Positions 53,466 to 64,000 of a stretch of 64,000 bases of DNA are shown here, piece after piece (position 1 is the stretch's first letter; every line of letters starts with the position of its first letter). The translations under genes and the position numbers were made by a program. The notes below the pieces were generated by a model. It was not told where the DNA came from. It saw only the letters and a program-made list of their open reading frames with translations, and ran no database searches. Origin of the DNA: Octopus sinensis (lineage: Eukaryota); NCBI RefSeq assembly GCF_006345805.1, contig NC_043009.1:13888001-13952000 (forward strand). The letters run 5' to 3'.

Positions 53466-55644
53466 AGTAGCATGGTTTGATTCTTTATAATAGGCACAAA
53501 GCCTAAATACAGAGCGGGCATTCAAAGATATGCGGGAACATAAAACATACGAAGGTCGAATGTGAAATGAATATATTTACAATGCAAATGAGACGGCCAT
53601 CTCGCTCCCGCTGCGAGATGAAATCGTGAATACCTTTAAACAGAGCCTCTAGCTTCACCACGAGGTGAAACCGCGACTTCGCTTTTGCCTTACCATAACA
53701 AACATTTAGCACAAATGTTCATACAATTTTGTTTCCTTTTTTCTTTAAATAAAAGAAAACCAAATGTTTATCAAACATTAGTTAACCTGTTCCTTTAATC
53801 GTTTCAAATTTTACATTATTTCCTTTTTTTTTTTTAAACCTGTGAAATTTTTTTTAAAATCTTTTCACAGTCAGTTTTTACAAAATTTCCATGACTTACC
53901 ACTATGATTTTTCTTTACATTTTAGTTTCTCGTGCTGTCATTTTCCTCCTAATTTCCTGCTATTCTTGCACTTCCCTCTTCAAGTCTGTGAGTTCGTGCG
54001 TTTGTATGTCTGTGTATTCCTGCATTTGTGTGTCTGTTAGCCCTATAACAGTAGATAACTTGGTAGATTCCACATTCTAGCATTAGATACACATTGTTAT
54101 AGGGTTTAGTGAAATAGCGAGGAGAAAGTGCGAGGCATTTGTTTAAAAGGTCATCTGAGGAGACGCAATCTGCACCTTATGATGCAAGACAATTCATAGT
54201 GCATTATCTTACCAATGGGATACAGGCATGGAATGAGTCGAAATGTTGTGGATTTGAATAAAGAATCTTGTGAACTACATTTTCTGCCTCTGATCTATAC
54301 TTATATATATATACGTGGTGCATTTACGTCCTCGTGATTAAAAGGGTTCAGACGTCCTTGGGTCGATTTGCTCGACTAAACCTTTCAAGGTCGTGTCCCG
54401 GCATGGTCGCATTCAAAGCTAGTAAAAGATAAACGATGAAAGATAAATAGAGGAAGACAGAGAAGCTGACAGATAGACGGAGAGGATATGTGATGGCGTG
54501 AGATATATCTTTTAGTAAAAAGTGTATAAGCGTTCTTGTAACACCTTCCTACATGTGTGTATAGAATATCTGGATCAACTCTTCGGGATTAATATCAATT
54601 ACGTGACTGTGTAGGTCAAGAAGGAACAACAAATTTAATTACAGAAGAAGTATCTGATGTTCTGCTTGGGCCTTTCGGTAGAGATATATTAATAGAACAA
54701 ATGTTTTTCGTCTTTATTTTATATCGCGTATTTTAATTCTACATAAGTTTTTGAAGAGGTACCGTATGAACAGAATGACGAAATTTACCTTGCATGATCT
54801 TACTTTAAAAAAGCTAGAAATAATCAGGGTCTCTTCGATGTGCTGCATAACATACATTATATATTTAGATTTAAGTGAGTGTCTATACATTAATGTATAT
54901 ATAAGTGTGCAGTTGTGTACGTGTACAGTGGGAAAAGTTTGTGTGTATAAGCGTGTATATGTTTTTGTGCTTTTCTGTGTATTTGTCTATGAATGTTCAT
55001 GTTTGAAAGTGAGAAATTAGGTATTCTTGTGTGTCCATATATGATATATATATAGTGTGTATACATGTTTACAGGTGTCTAAGTGCAATCTAAATGCAAA
55101 TTAAGCAAAACGGAATATGTACATTTCTAGCTTCAAGACGTGAAGTTGGTGTGAAAAAAGTTTATAAACTTTCAGTTTTTTATCTATGTTTCTTACAGTT
55201 AAATCTCATAAAATCTACCTAAAATAATCTTCAACTTGAACTCCGAGGACCTCAGTTCCATAAAAAATTGATAAAATAAGTACCCAATAATACATTATGC
55301 TTATATAACTGACTGCACCTTCCCAGAATGGTGGCATTCTTGTGTCTCTGTTAGAAAATATTATCGTTATTATTTCATTAAATAATATCCTTCTTCTCCT
55401 CCTCTCCTCATCATCATCACCACCACCACCAGCACCACTATCACCACAACCACCACCACCGCCACTATTATATTTGATATTTTATCTTAAATTAGTATCG
55501 CAAGCAAACAAAAGAAGCAGATAGAGATAAAGAATGAACACACCAGTGGCTGCGCAGCTCAGGTCTAACGGCAGAAACTGATATGTTTATAAAAGCAGCT
55601 CGGGATCAATCACTACTCACAGCAAACTACCAAGCAAACATTCT

Positions 55645-55790
55645 CCAACATTGGTTCTGACCCAAACTATAGACTAAGTGATAATAATATTGAAACCCTT
55701 GACCACATTGTAATTGACTGCTCTGAACTCACAATAATCAAGCACAAAGCCTGACATACCGGAATAGGAAGTATTAATCTGCACTGCTGA
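55645..55790 (+). pseudogene. RLE-type (R4/Dong-like) LINE zinc-knuckle remnant
   Basis: DPNYRLSDNNIETLDHIVIDCSELTIIKHKA*HTGIG fits the C.LC....ET.DHI...C..L...Y..RH pattern with two cysteines lost. Confidence 0.45.
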
Positions 55791-55861
55791 GGGAAATGGA
55801 GGAAAAAATCAGAGGTAGATCTGAGGTGATTTGGAAGAGAGTTTAGAGTCCTACGCCCTCT

Positions 55862-56094
55862 ACCTATTTCTTTATTACCCACAAGGGGCTAAACACAGAG
55901 GGGACAAACAAGGACAGACAAACGGATTAAGTCGATTCATCGACCCCAGTGCGTAACTGGTACTTAATTTATCGACCCCGAAAGGATGAAAGGCAAAGTC
56001 GACCTCGGCGGAATTCGAACTCAGATCGTAGCGACGTGCGAAATACCGCCAAGCATTTCGCCCGGCGTGCTAACGATTCTGCCAGCTCGCCGCC
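55862..56094 (-). mobile_element. SINE B, full length
   Basis: Complete reverse-complement B element. Confidence 0.92.
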
Positions 56095-56289
56095 TTCTAC
56101 CGCCAAATGAAAGGGAAGGTCAGCACGCACCAAGTTCAAAGTACAGTGCATCACAGTACTACTGTGACCTCAAGCAACAACCACAACAACAACGACAACA
56201 AAGTACGGGAATTTCGTTCCAATTATGAAGCTGATTTCCCTATAATGAATGAGACAATACCAAAGACATCAACCAGCTGCAACAGCAGT

Positions 56290-56670
56290 GGAGGCGCAAT
56301 GGCCCAGTGGTTAGGGCAGCGGACTCGCGGTCGGAAGATCGCGGTTTCGATTCCCAGACCGGGCGTTGTGTGCTTATTGAGCGAAAACACCTAAACTTCC
56401 ACGAGGCTACGGCAGGGGGTGGTGGCGACCTCTGTTGTACTCTTTCGCTCCAACTTTCTCTCACTCTTTCTTCCTGTTTCTTGTCCCCGACTTCCTACGC
56501 AATCGCTGAGCTTGGATGCGCATTCATCCATCCGTCGATGCTCTCGGTGTCGGGGGTTGACCTGCTTTCTCTTCTGCGGGTCTTGCGAATAGCAAAGGAC
56601 CACGTTTCGGATTTCTCCCACTGGACGAAGACTGCTACGCTCAACAGCAACAGCAGCAACAGCAACAGCT
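56290..56670 (+). mobile_element. SINE A tail type 1, full length
   Basis: Head to (CAA/CAG)n tail. CAGCTGCAACA at 56274-56284 and 56666-56676. Confidence 0.92.
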
Positions 56671-57436
56671 GCAACAAAAATAAGACCCACGTGCATGGCC
56701 ACTACTTACTCAGTCACTACTGCATCAACAACGAATACGATAGAGGAAAAAACAAAACAACAGCAACCTCGGCAACTTAGACAGCAACAATATTTCTAAT
56801 TTTACAACTACTATACATTCGCAGCAATAGTTGTGAAAAGCACAGAGCTATACAGGATGGATATCCTACAAAAAGTTATGTCTGGCTCAAAATGATAAGG
56901 CTGGAAAAAATCGTAGGTGGACATTGCCATCCCACCCGAGATGTTGGGAGTAACACATAACAAAAACCTAAGTTATAAATGTGTTTCGGTAAATACAAAG
57001 TGGCCGGAGATGGCTAATTAGGTAAATGAAGGTGTACTAAAAGAGATAATGCTCGATATTCATCATATCTCGAGAACCAAACAGTTTGCGGGCATTTCAG
57101 TGCCGTCAAATACTCTGTAGTTTCCTGTCGGAGCAAAAATATGTGCTCCATCTATTGTATTTAGTAAGTAGGCTGGTGAGAATAAAAAATTCAGAAGTTT
57201 TTGTTGAGACAAATTTTATGGTGGGTTTTAGCGTGTATCGTTTTGGAAGGAAGTAAAGCGGACTTGTCGTGTAAATTTCGTCTGAGATCAGTGTGGCGGT
57301 GCTATTCCACATTAAACAAGACACAATCCACAAAATACCAGATCTCATTCGCCTTCTGGGAGGGGAAGGGTTGCATGTTACGATTGAAGGTAAAAGGCCA
57401 CGGTGCCATCCGTTTGTCCTCATTTCTCAACACTAC

Positions 57437-57643
57437 CAACATCCCCACTGCCATATGTTCGTAGTGTTGAGAAATGAGGACAAACTCAAAAGCATTGATA
57501 ATATAGATAGGATCGTGACAGCTGAAATTCCTCATGTCAATGATGATCCAGTCTTGCATGATTTAGTAAAAAAAAAAAGATGCGTGATACATGGTCCTTG
57601 CGGAACAGATAATCCTTCTTCTTGCATGGAAAATGGCTCATGT
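57437..57643 (+). pseudogene. Helitron Rep (HUH) domain fragment
   Basis: HPHCHMFVVLRNEDKLKSIDNIDRIVTAEIPHVNDDPVLHDLVKKK.CVIHGPCGTDNPSSCMENGSC. Confidence 0.8.
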
Positions 57644-58170
57644 CAGTACCTCTCGGCAGACAATGCTCTTAGTAACAGTGCGTCCTCTTCTCCTACCTTG
57701 TCTGTCTGACTCCATCACCTTAACCCTTACATCTGAGAGTTTGCGAGCTCTAGATTATACCACATACAACGGCCCGTGACTGAACACTGGCTGAGGTAAG
57801 AACTATCCCATCTTTTCAAATGTCTGCCCCTGTGACCACTCAATGGTCATGGCATATGACAAACGGACAAGAAACTGTGTTCTCTCCAAGGGGAATGGCA
57901 AGTTAGGGTAGCTCGGAGCCAGATTTATTCCGGGGATAAGGACACATCTGCCAATTAGTGAGCCGCTAAATAAGAACGCCTCTATTGAATATTGATGCAC
58001 GGCCACCACTTTCATTCTTGTACCATTGTAGAGACCATTCTGGATAGAAAGATTATGAAGAAGTATTACTTTTGAGCCGGGTTTTAAATTCAATTTATTC
58101 CTGATGATGTCAAAAAGTTTAGTAATTCAAGTGGATAACGCTCAGACTCGGCAGGATCATCTGTCAAAAC
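57638..58170 (-). pseudogene. Helitron PIF1-type helicase C-terminus
   Basis: ERYPLELLNFLTSSG/LNLKPGSKVILLHNLSIQNGLYNGTRMKV...[46 protein letters not shown]...TKSIVCREVLT*. Confidence 0.88.
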
Positions 58171-58180
58171 ATTATCTGTA

Positions 58181-58244
<64 letters not shown>

Positions 58245-58299
58245 TGTTGTATTTAGGAATGGTCATTTTACCAGTTTAGCCAATACATATATTTAAATT

Positions 58300-58600
58300 A
58301 TGAGGGTGATACATTGAATATTAATTTAATTAACATCAATTTAAAACCAGTGGCCTAGCATATAGGAAAATCTGAAAATTCAGAAAAATTGTATTACATG
58401 CGTATAAGAAGGGATGATCACTAAGTGGACATCCAATATGCTAGAAATATATCACCTACGATCTAATCACAAAGGAAAAGAATGTTCTCTAGAAAACTTC
58501 AGCAAACACCAGAACTATTTTCTTTGTGGTTAGATCGTAGGTGATCTATATCCTGTATATTGGATGTCCTCTTAGTGGTCATCCCTTCTTATACGCATAC
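58300..58600. mobile_element. Family H foldback module
   Basis: Inverted arms about 58398-58478 and 58518-58598. Homologous lead-in to 43460. Ends at a TA-rich tract. Confidence 0.7.
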
Positions 58601-58625
58601 ATATATATACATACATATATATATG

Positions 58626-58711
<86 letters not shown>

Positions 58712-58825
58712 GGTGCCCCACTTGCTTTAATGGTTAGGGTGACCATGGCTTTGAGGTGTTTCATGAGTAGCCCGCGAATGTCACCCATTTTTGAGGAATT
58801 ATTTATTGTTGGGGTTATTATTACT

Positions 58826-59179
58826 TATTTCTTTATTACCCACAAGGGGCTAAACATAGAGAGGACAAACAAGGACAGACATAGGTATTAAGTCGATTAT
58901 ATCGACCACGGCGGAATTTGAACTTAGAACGCAGCGGCAGACGAAATACCTATTTCTTTATTACCCACAAGGGGCTAAACACAGAGGGAACAAACAAGGA
59001 CAGACATAGGTATTAAGTCGATTACATCGACCCCAATGCGTAACTGGTACTTAATTTATCGACCCCGAAAGGATGAAAGGCAAAGTCGACCTCGGCGGAA
59101 TTTGAACTCAGAATGTAACGCAGACGAAATACCGCTAATCATTTCGCCTGGCGTGCTAACTTTACTGCCAGCTCGCCGC
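58826..59179 (-). mobile_element. SINE B, partial tandem dimer
   Basis: Full B unit plus a second, internally deleted body. Confidence 0.88.
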
Positions 59180-59760
59180 TGGGGGTCATTATTACTGTTA
59201 ATTCTTCTTTTTATTCGCTCCTTCGGGTAATCTCACTTTGTATCGCCCAATATCGCACCCAATGTTTTTGTGAATCCTTATGGTTAATAAAAAGCAGTAT
59301 TATTATTGAGTAAGAGAAAAGCACATGTCATCAACGTGACACTGGGGTACAAATATACGAAGCCCAATAAACCCATCATGACTACCCGTCTGATAAGGAT
59401 ACACCAGACACTTGCATCACAAACAAATGTGCAAGATACGATGATTTCATATCAAGACAAACAGTGCATGATCTGGCAGATGGAGCCCAATTAAAATGTT
59501 ATTGTGGTCGAGTACCGCATCCCGCACAAAAGGTCCCTGAATAGGGGTCCTTTAAGGATGATGTACGAAACACTTATGTTTCCATGGGTGAATCATCCAA
59601 ATCACCGAGAATTCTTCTCTACACATGGCTCTGATGCCTCCCCCAAACCACTACTTCTGCTCGTGATCAGAGATGCACATATCGTCAGCTACGGAGGGAC
59701 ATAGTCAACTAGTTATGGTCAAGCAAATGACAAGTAAGTCTATGGTATTGAGCAGAATTA

Positions 59761-60174
59761 GGCGGTGAGCTGGCAGAAACGTTAGCTCGCCGGGCGAAAT
59801 GCTTAGCGGTATTTCGTCTGCCGCTACGATCTGAGTTCAAATTCCGCCGAGGTCGACTTTGCCTTTCATCCTTTCGGGGTCCATTAAATAAGCTCTAGTT
59901 ACGCACTGGGGTCGATATAATCGACTTAATCCGTTTGTCTATCCTTCTTTGTCCCCTCTGTGTTTAGCCCCTTGTGGGTAGTAAAGAAATAGATATTTCG
60001 TCTGCCGTTACGTTCTGAGTTCAAATTCCGCCGAGGTGGACTTTGCCTTTCATCCTTTCGGGGTCGATTAAATAAGCACCAGTTACGCACTGGGGTCGAT
60101 ATAATCGACTTAATCCGTTTGTCTGTCCTTGTTTGTCCTCACTGTTTTTAGCCCTTGTGGGTAGTAAAGAAATA
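59761..60174 (+). mobile_element. SINE B tandem dimer inserted as one unit
   Basis: Second body restarts at TATTTCGTCTGCCG. Flanked by GGTATTGAGCAGAATTA and GGTACTGAGCAGAATAA. Confidence 0.9.
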
Positions 60175-60301
60175 GGTACTGAGCAGAATAATTGCTGTAG
60201 CCCTTTTACACCATGACAAATCATGTACATAACACTTCCAATCAGTTAAGATCAGGGGCCATGAGATCCAATGTCTGGCATTGTATCAGGGCATTCATCA
60301 C

Positions 60302-60355
<54 letters not shown>

Positions 60356-60644
60356 TCGAAATATATTATTACTATTTGTTGACGTAGTTAGCTGCTGTCG
60401 ATTAGTGCGTTATTTGTTTTATATAGTAAACACTGCCGGCGAAATTAGCTTCTATAAGCATTATTTCAACATGATATGACAGGAACCATTTGTTAATCAT
60501 TTTCACAGGTAATTAAAAATTCATGTACGTGCGCAAATTTATACATGTATAGACGTGTGTGTGCGAGCGTATGCACGACAAGTAAAGAAAGTAATGGCTT
60601 GTAACAGATGTATTTATGCATACAAGTAGTATACATATATTATA

Positions 60645-60684
<40 letters not shown>

Positions 60685-60839
60685 ATACATACATACACAC
60701 ATATATATGTGTATATGTGTATACATATACATACACACACATTTATATATATTTATATATACATATACATATATATATGTTTATATGAGTTTGTGTGTGT
60801 GTGTCTATACACACACACACACACACAACACACACACAC

Positions 60840-60883
<44 letters not shown>

Positions 60884-61487
60884 ATATATATATATGTCTC
60901 CATATATACACACACATGCACACGGAAACGTAAACAGATATACACAAGTATGTACACGTATACGTACATATACATGCATACATACATATATGCATGCATA
61001 CATACATACATACCTGCATACATACATACATACATACATACATACATACATACATACATACACACATACATACATACATTCTGGGGACGCTGATGGTAGA
61101 TCCGAAGTAGTTTGATTTGAACGGCGAATAAATTAGTTGGAATTTTAACAAATGGTTTTTGCCCTCAAGTTATTTTTTAAAGACAATGTATAATCAATGT
61201 CCTTTTTATTATTTTATATAGTCTTGCATGTTTGTGTGTGTGTTTGCGTGTTTATATGCTTTGGTATGTATGTCTATGAATGTTTGCGTATGAGTATTTG
61301 CGTATGTGTACCTGAGAGAGACAGTATGTATGTGCACGTTGTACGTACAAAAAGGAAAAATTTCTAAGAAATCACACAAAATGAACCCACACTCTCTGGT
61401 GAATGTGTTTACATTTATGGGTGAAAATATATATATACATACATATATATATATGTGTTTGTGTGTGTATGTATGTATATACATATT

Positions 61488-61556
<69 letters not shown>

Positions 61557-61891
61557 TATATATACGTATGTGTGTATGTATATGCACATATATACATGTA
61601 TAGACATAAATACACCCACGCATACACACATATATGCTGACTCTTCTAGTTTCTGTATGTGTGTGTGTGTGTGCGTACGTGCATGTGTGTGTATTTATAA
61701 ACAACTTACTTTAAATATATAGGTATATATACAGAGATACATATATTTATATGCATATATATATATATATGTACACACATACACACATATACATACCTGC
61801 TTTTATATATGTTTGTATGTGCTTGTTCTAACGAATGACAGACATGCGTATGACAGCGTGTGATTGTATCAGAGTGTGTGTGTGTGTGTGG

Positions 61892-61922
<31 letters not shown>

Positions 61923-62682
61923 GGGTGTATATGTCACGTAAGAACTGTAGCTTAATGATGTGTGAGAAATATTAATATTGAGAAAGAAAACAACCAAAAA
62001 GACAACAAATATTTCTCAATTACGATATTAAACGGGAATAAGAAAAATGCTGACGTAAAACAATAGCCGAAGCTATTCATATCACCAGGCTTTTTGAGAT
62101 AATTTAAGGAAATAATAGTTATTTGTAAGAGAGAATGAAACTGAGAGTGATGGATGTGGTCGGTGTTGAGGAATTTAATAAATTTCCTAATGGGAAAGCG
62201 TAAAATAATATAAATTCGGGGTGTTCATAAACTTACTGCGTGCTATAGTTTTGATAGCTAGATTTGTAATTAGAATTAACCGTCAATAGCTAATTAGTAT
62301 TTCTAATTTGAGAGCTAAAACAATGATTGGAACAAAATATGACTTGCGGAAACTTTATTTCTAATGTTTTTACGCCGCTATCAGATTATGCTGGGCGTCA
62401 TCGCAAAATGCCACGACATATTTTGATCTTTTTTTTTTATTTATAAATAATATTGGCTACGAAGTGATTTTAGTTTCAAATTCTGTCCTCAATTTTTTTT
62501 CACTTACTCTCCCTCACTCCCTCACTCCGTCTTTCTCTCTCTCTCTCTCACTCTCTCTCTCTCTCTCTCTCTCTCGGTCTTTTCCTTTCCCTTGTTTCAC
62601 AATTACTGTATACATAACTACGTATCCACACATATACTTATATGTATATATGTATATATGTATATATATATATATATATATA

Positions 62683-62880
62683 TAAAGGGAAGGTTTACGA
62701 AAATAAACTAAAGACGAAGGCAGGTGGAGTACAAACAAACAAATGTATTAGTGTAGCGCTCAGGAATAGATAAAGTCTTTTATGTTTCGAGCCTACGCTC
62801 TTCGACAGAAAGATACACAGAAAAAAACAAGGAGAGAAACAAGGAGAGAAAAAAATGCGTGTAGGAGCTAACGATCTATC
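62683..62880 (-). mobile_element. Family E module with HHR-like motif at 62776-62813
   Basis: UCUUU CUGUCGA A GAGC GUAG GCUC GAAAC AUA AAAGA. Abuts (TA)n. Confidence 0.7.
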
Positions 62881-63038
62881 ATGGCGTCCTATGTATGTAT
62901 GTATGTATGTATGTATGTATGTATGTATGTATGTATGGATATTCACATATATACATACGTATATTCGCATATATGTATATGGGCACATATATACGTGTGT
63001 ATATATATATATATGCGCGTGTGTGTGTGTATGTGTGT

Positions 63039-63068
<30 letters not shown>

Positions 63069-63069
<1 letters not shown>

Positions 63070-63369
63070 GAGGCGCAATGGCCCAATGGTTAGGACAGCG
63101 GACTCGCGGTTGTAGAATCGCGGTTTCGATTCCCATACCAGGCGTTGTGAATGTTTATTGAGCGAAAGCACCTAAAGCTTCACGAGGCTCCGGCAGGGGG
63201 TGGGGGTGGCGATCCCTGCTGTACTCTTTTGCCACAACTTTCTCTCACTCTTTCTTCTGTTGGCCAGCGGGGTGGCGTCATTTGAAGGCTAAAGCAATGC
63301 GAAGCGCATTGTGACCAGCGATGTGTATCAACATCTGATAGCCTGGTCGGTCACAGTGATCACGGTGAT
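63069..63369 (+). mobile_element. SINE A tail type 2
   Basis: A head after (TG)n; type-2 tail ending GATCACGGTGA before (TA)n. Confidence 0.9.
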
Positions 63370-63729
63370 ATATATATATATACACACACACATGTGTGTG
63401 TGAGTATTAAACATATACGAATACACTCACGCACAAACTTTGTGGAGATGATGGCAAATCTGCATCCTCTGAAGAGGGTGTTCCCTTAACGCAGTTCTCT
63501 GGCAGATATTCAGCTTAACATAATCTATGACCAAGCTGTACTTTTGAGTTACAGTTTCAATCCACGGAATGGGCTCCTATGCAGTTTCCGCCTAACTAAT
63601 GTAAGGTTTGAAATGGGGCTGTATAAAATACCGTTTGCCCAAGATGACACGCGCAGTAGGATAAGACTGAACACTGTACCATGTGTGTGTGTATATATAT
63701 ATGTGTGTGTCTGTGTGTGTGCGTGCGTC

Positions 63730-64000
63730 GGCGACTAAACCGGCAACCACACCAAGCTTGCTTGGTGAGGAGGGTGTTTATTGGTCACCCTGCGGGATGA
63801 AAAACAAAACCCGTCAAAGGGCAGAGGAACTCTTGAGAGTCAACGGCCATCCAATAAATGTCTTAAGGCTGTAATTATGCGCGGGGACATAGAAATAATC
63901 GAACTGAATACCCTATCGCTCGGTTAAACCATTGGGGATGAAGGACTCCTAGCCTTTGTTAGGGCATCCTTCTAGGAGAAGGTAACTCAGGTAACTGGGA
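63730..64000 (+). other. GC-richer structured segment, possible LINE (RTE-like) 5' UTR, cut by window end
   Basis: Starts right after (TG)n and has three consecutive hairpins. The RTE assignment rests only on recollected motif similarity (CTAGGAGAAGGTAACTC). Confidence 0.3.

Noticed and set aside
56290-56362. tRNA genes at the SINE A, B, C and D heads
   Set aside because: No proper acceptor stems, and each continues into a multi-copy SINE body with TSDs.
59761-60174. CRISPR-like or regularly spaced array
   Set aside because: Tandem SINE bodies with no unique spacers, in eukaryotic context and with no cas genes.

Overview
AT-rich, microsatellite-saturated animal genomic DNA. The tRNA-derived SINE families and repeat style suggest an octopod cephalopod (inference, not verified). 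I can support no host protein-coding gene; almost every ORF in the supplied track is a translated (TA)n, (CA)n, (GATA)n or (GGT)n tract. The window is a retro/DNA-transposon graveyard: four tRNA-headed SINE families (A-D, about 25 copies), a 2.5 kb decayed CR1-type LINE, a Tx1/L1-type LINE 3' end inside a (GATA)n array, Tc1 and maT/mariner remnants, a MITE with an 8-bp TSD and a scrambled Helitron. It also holds at least five ORF-bearing Penelope-like element (PLE) remnants. The most notable signal is about a dozen minimal type-I hammerhead ribozyme (HHR) motifs in short PLE-type terminal-repeat modules, most abutting (TA)n tracts. These include compensatory U3-A8 core variants, several foldback palindromes and one terminally redundant, retrozyme-like unit of about 480 nt (47.9-48.9 kb). 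All folds and translations were done by eye; family names are my own labels.
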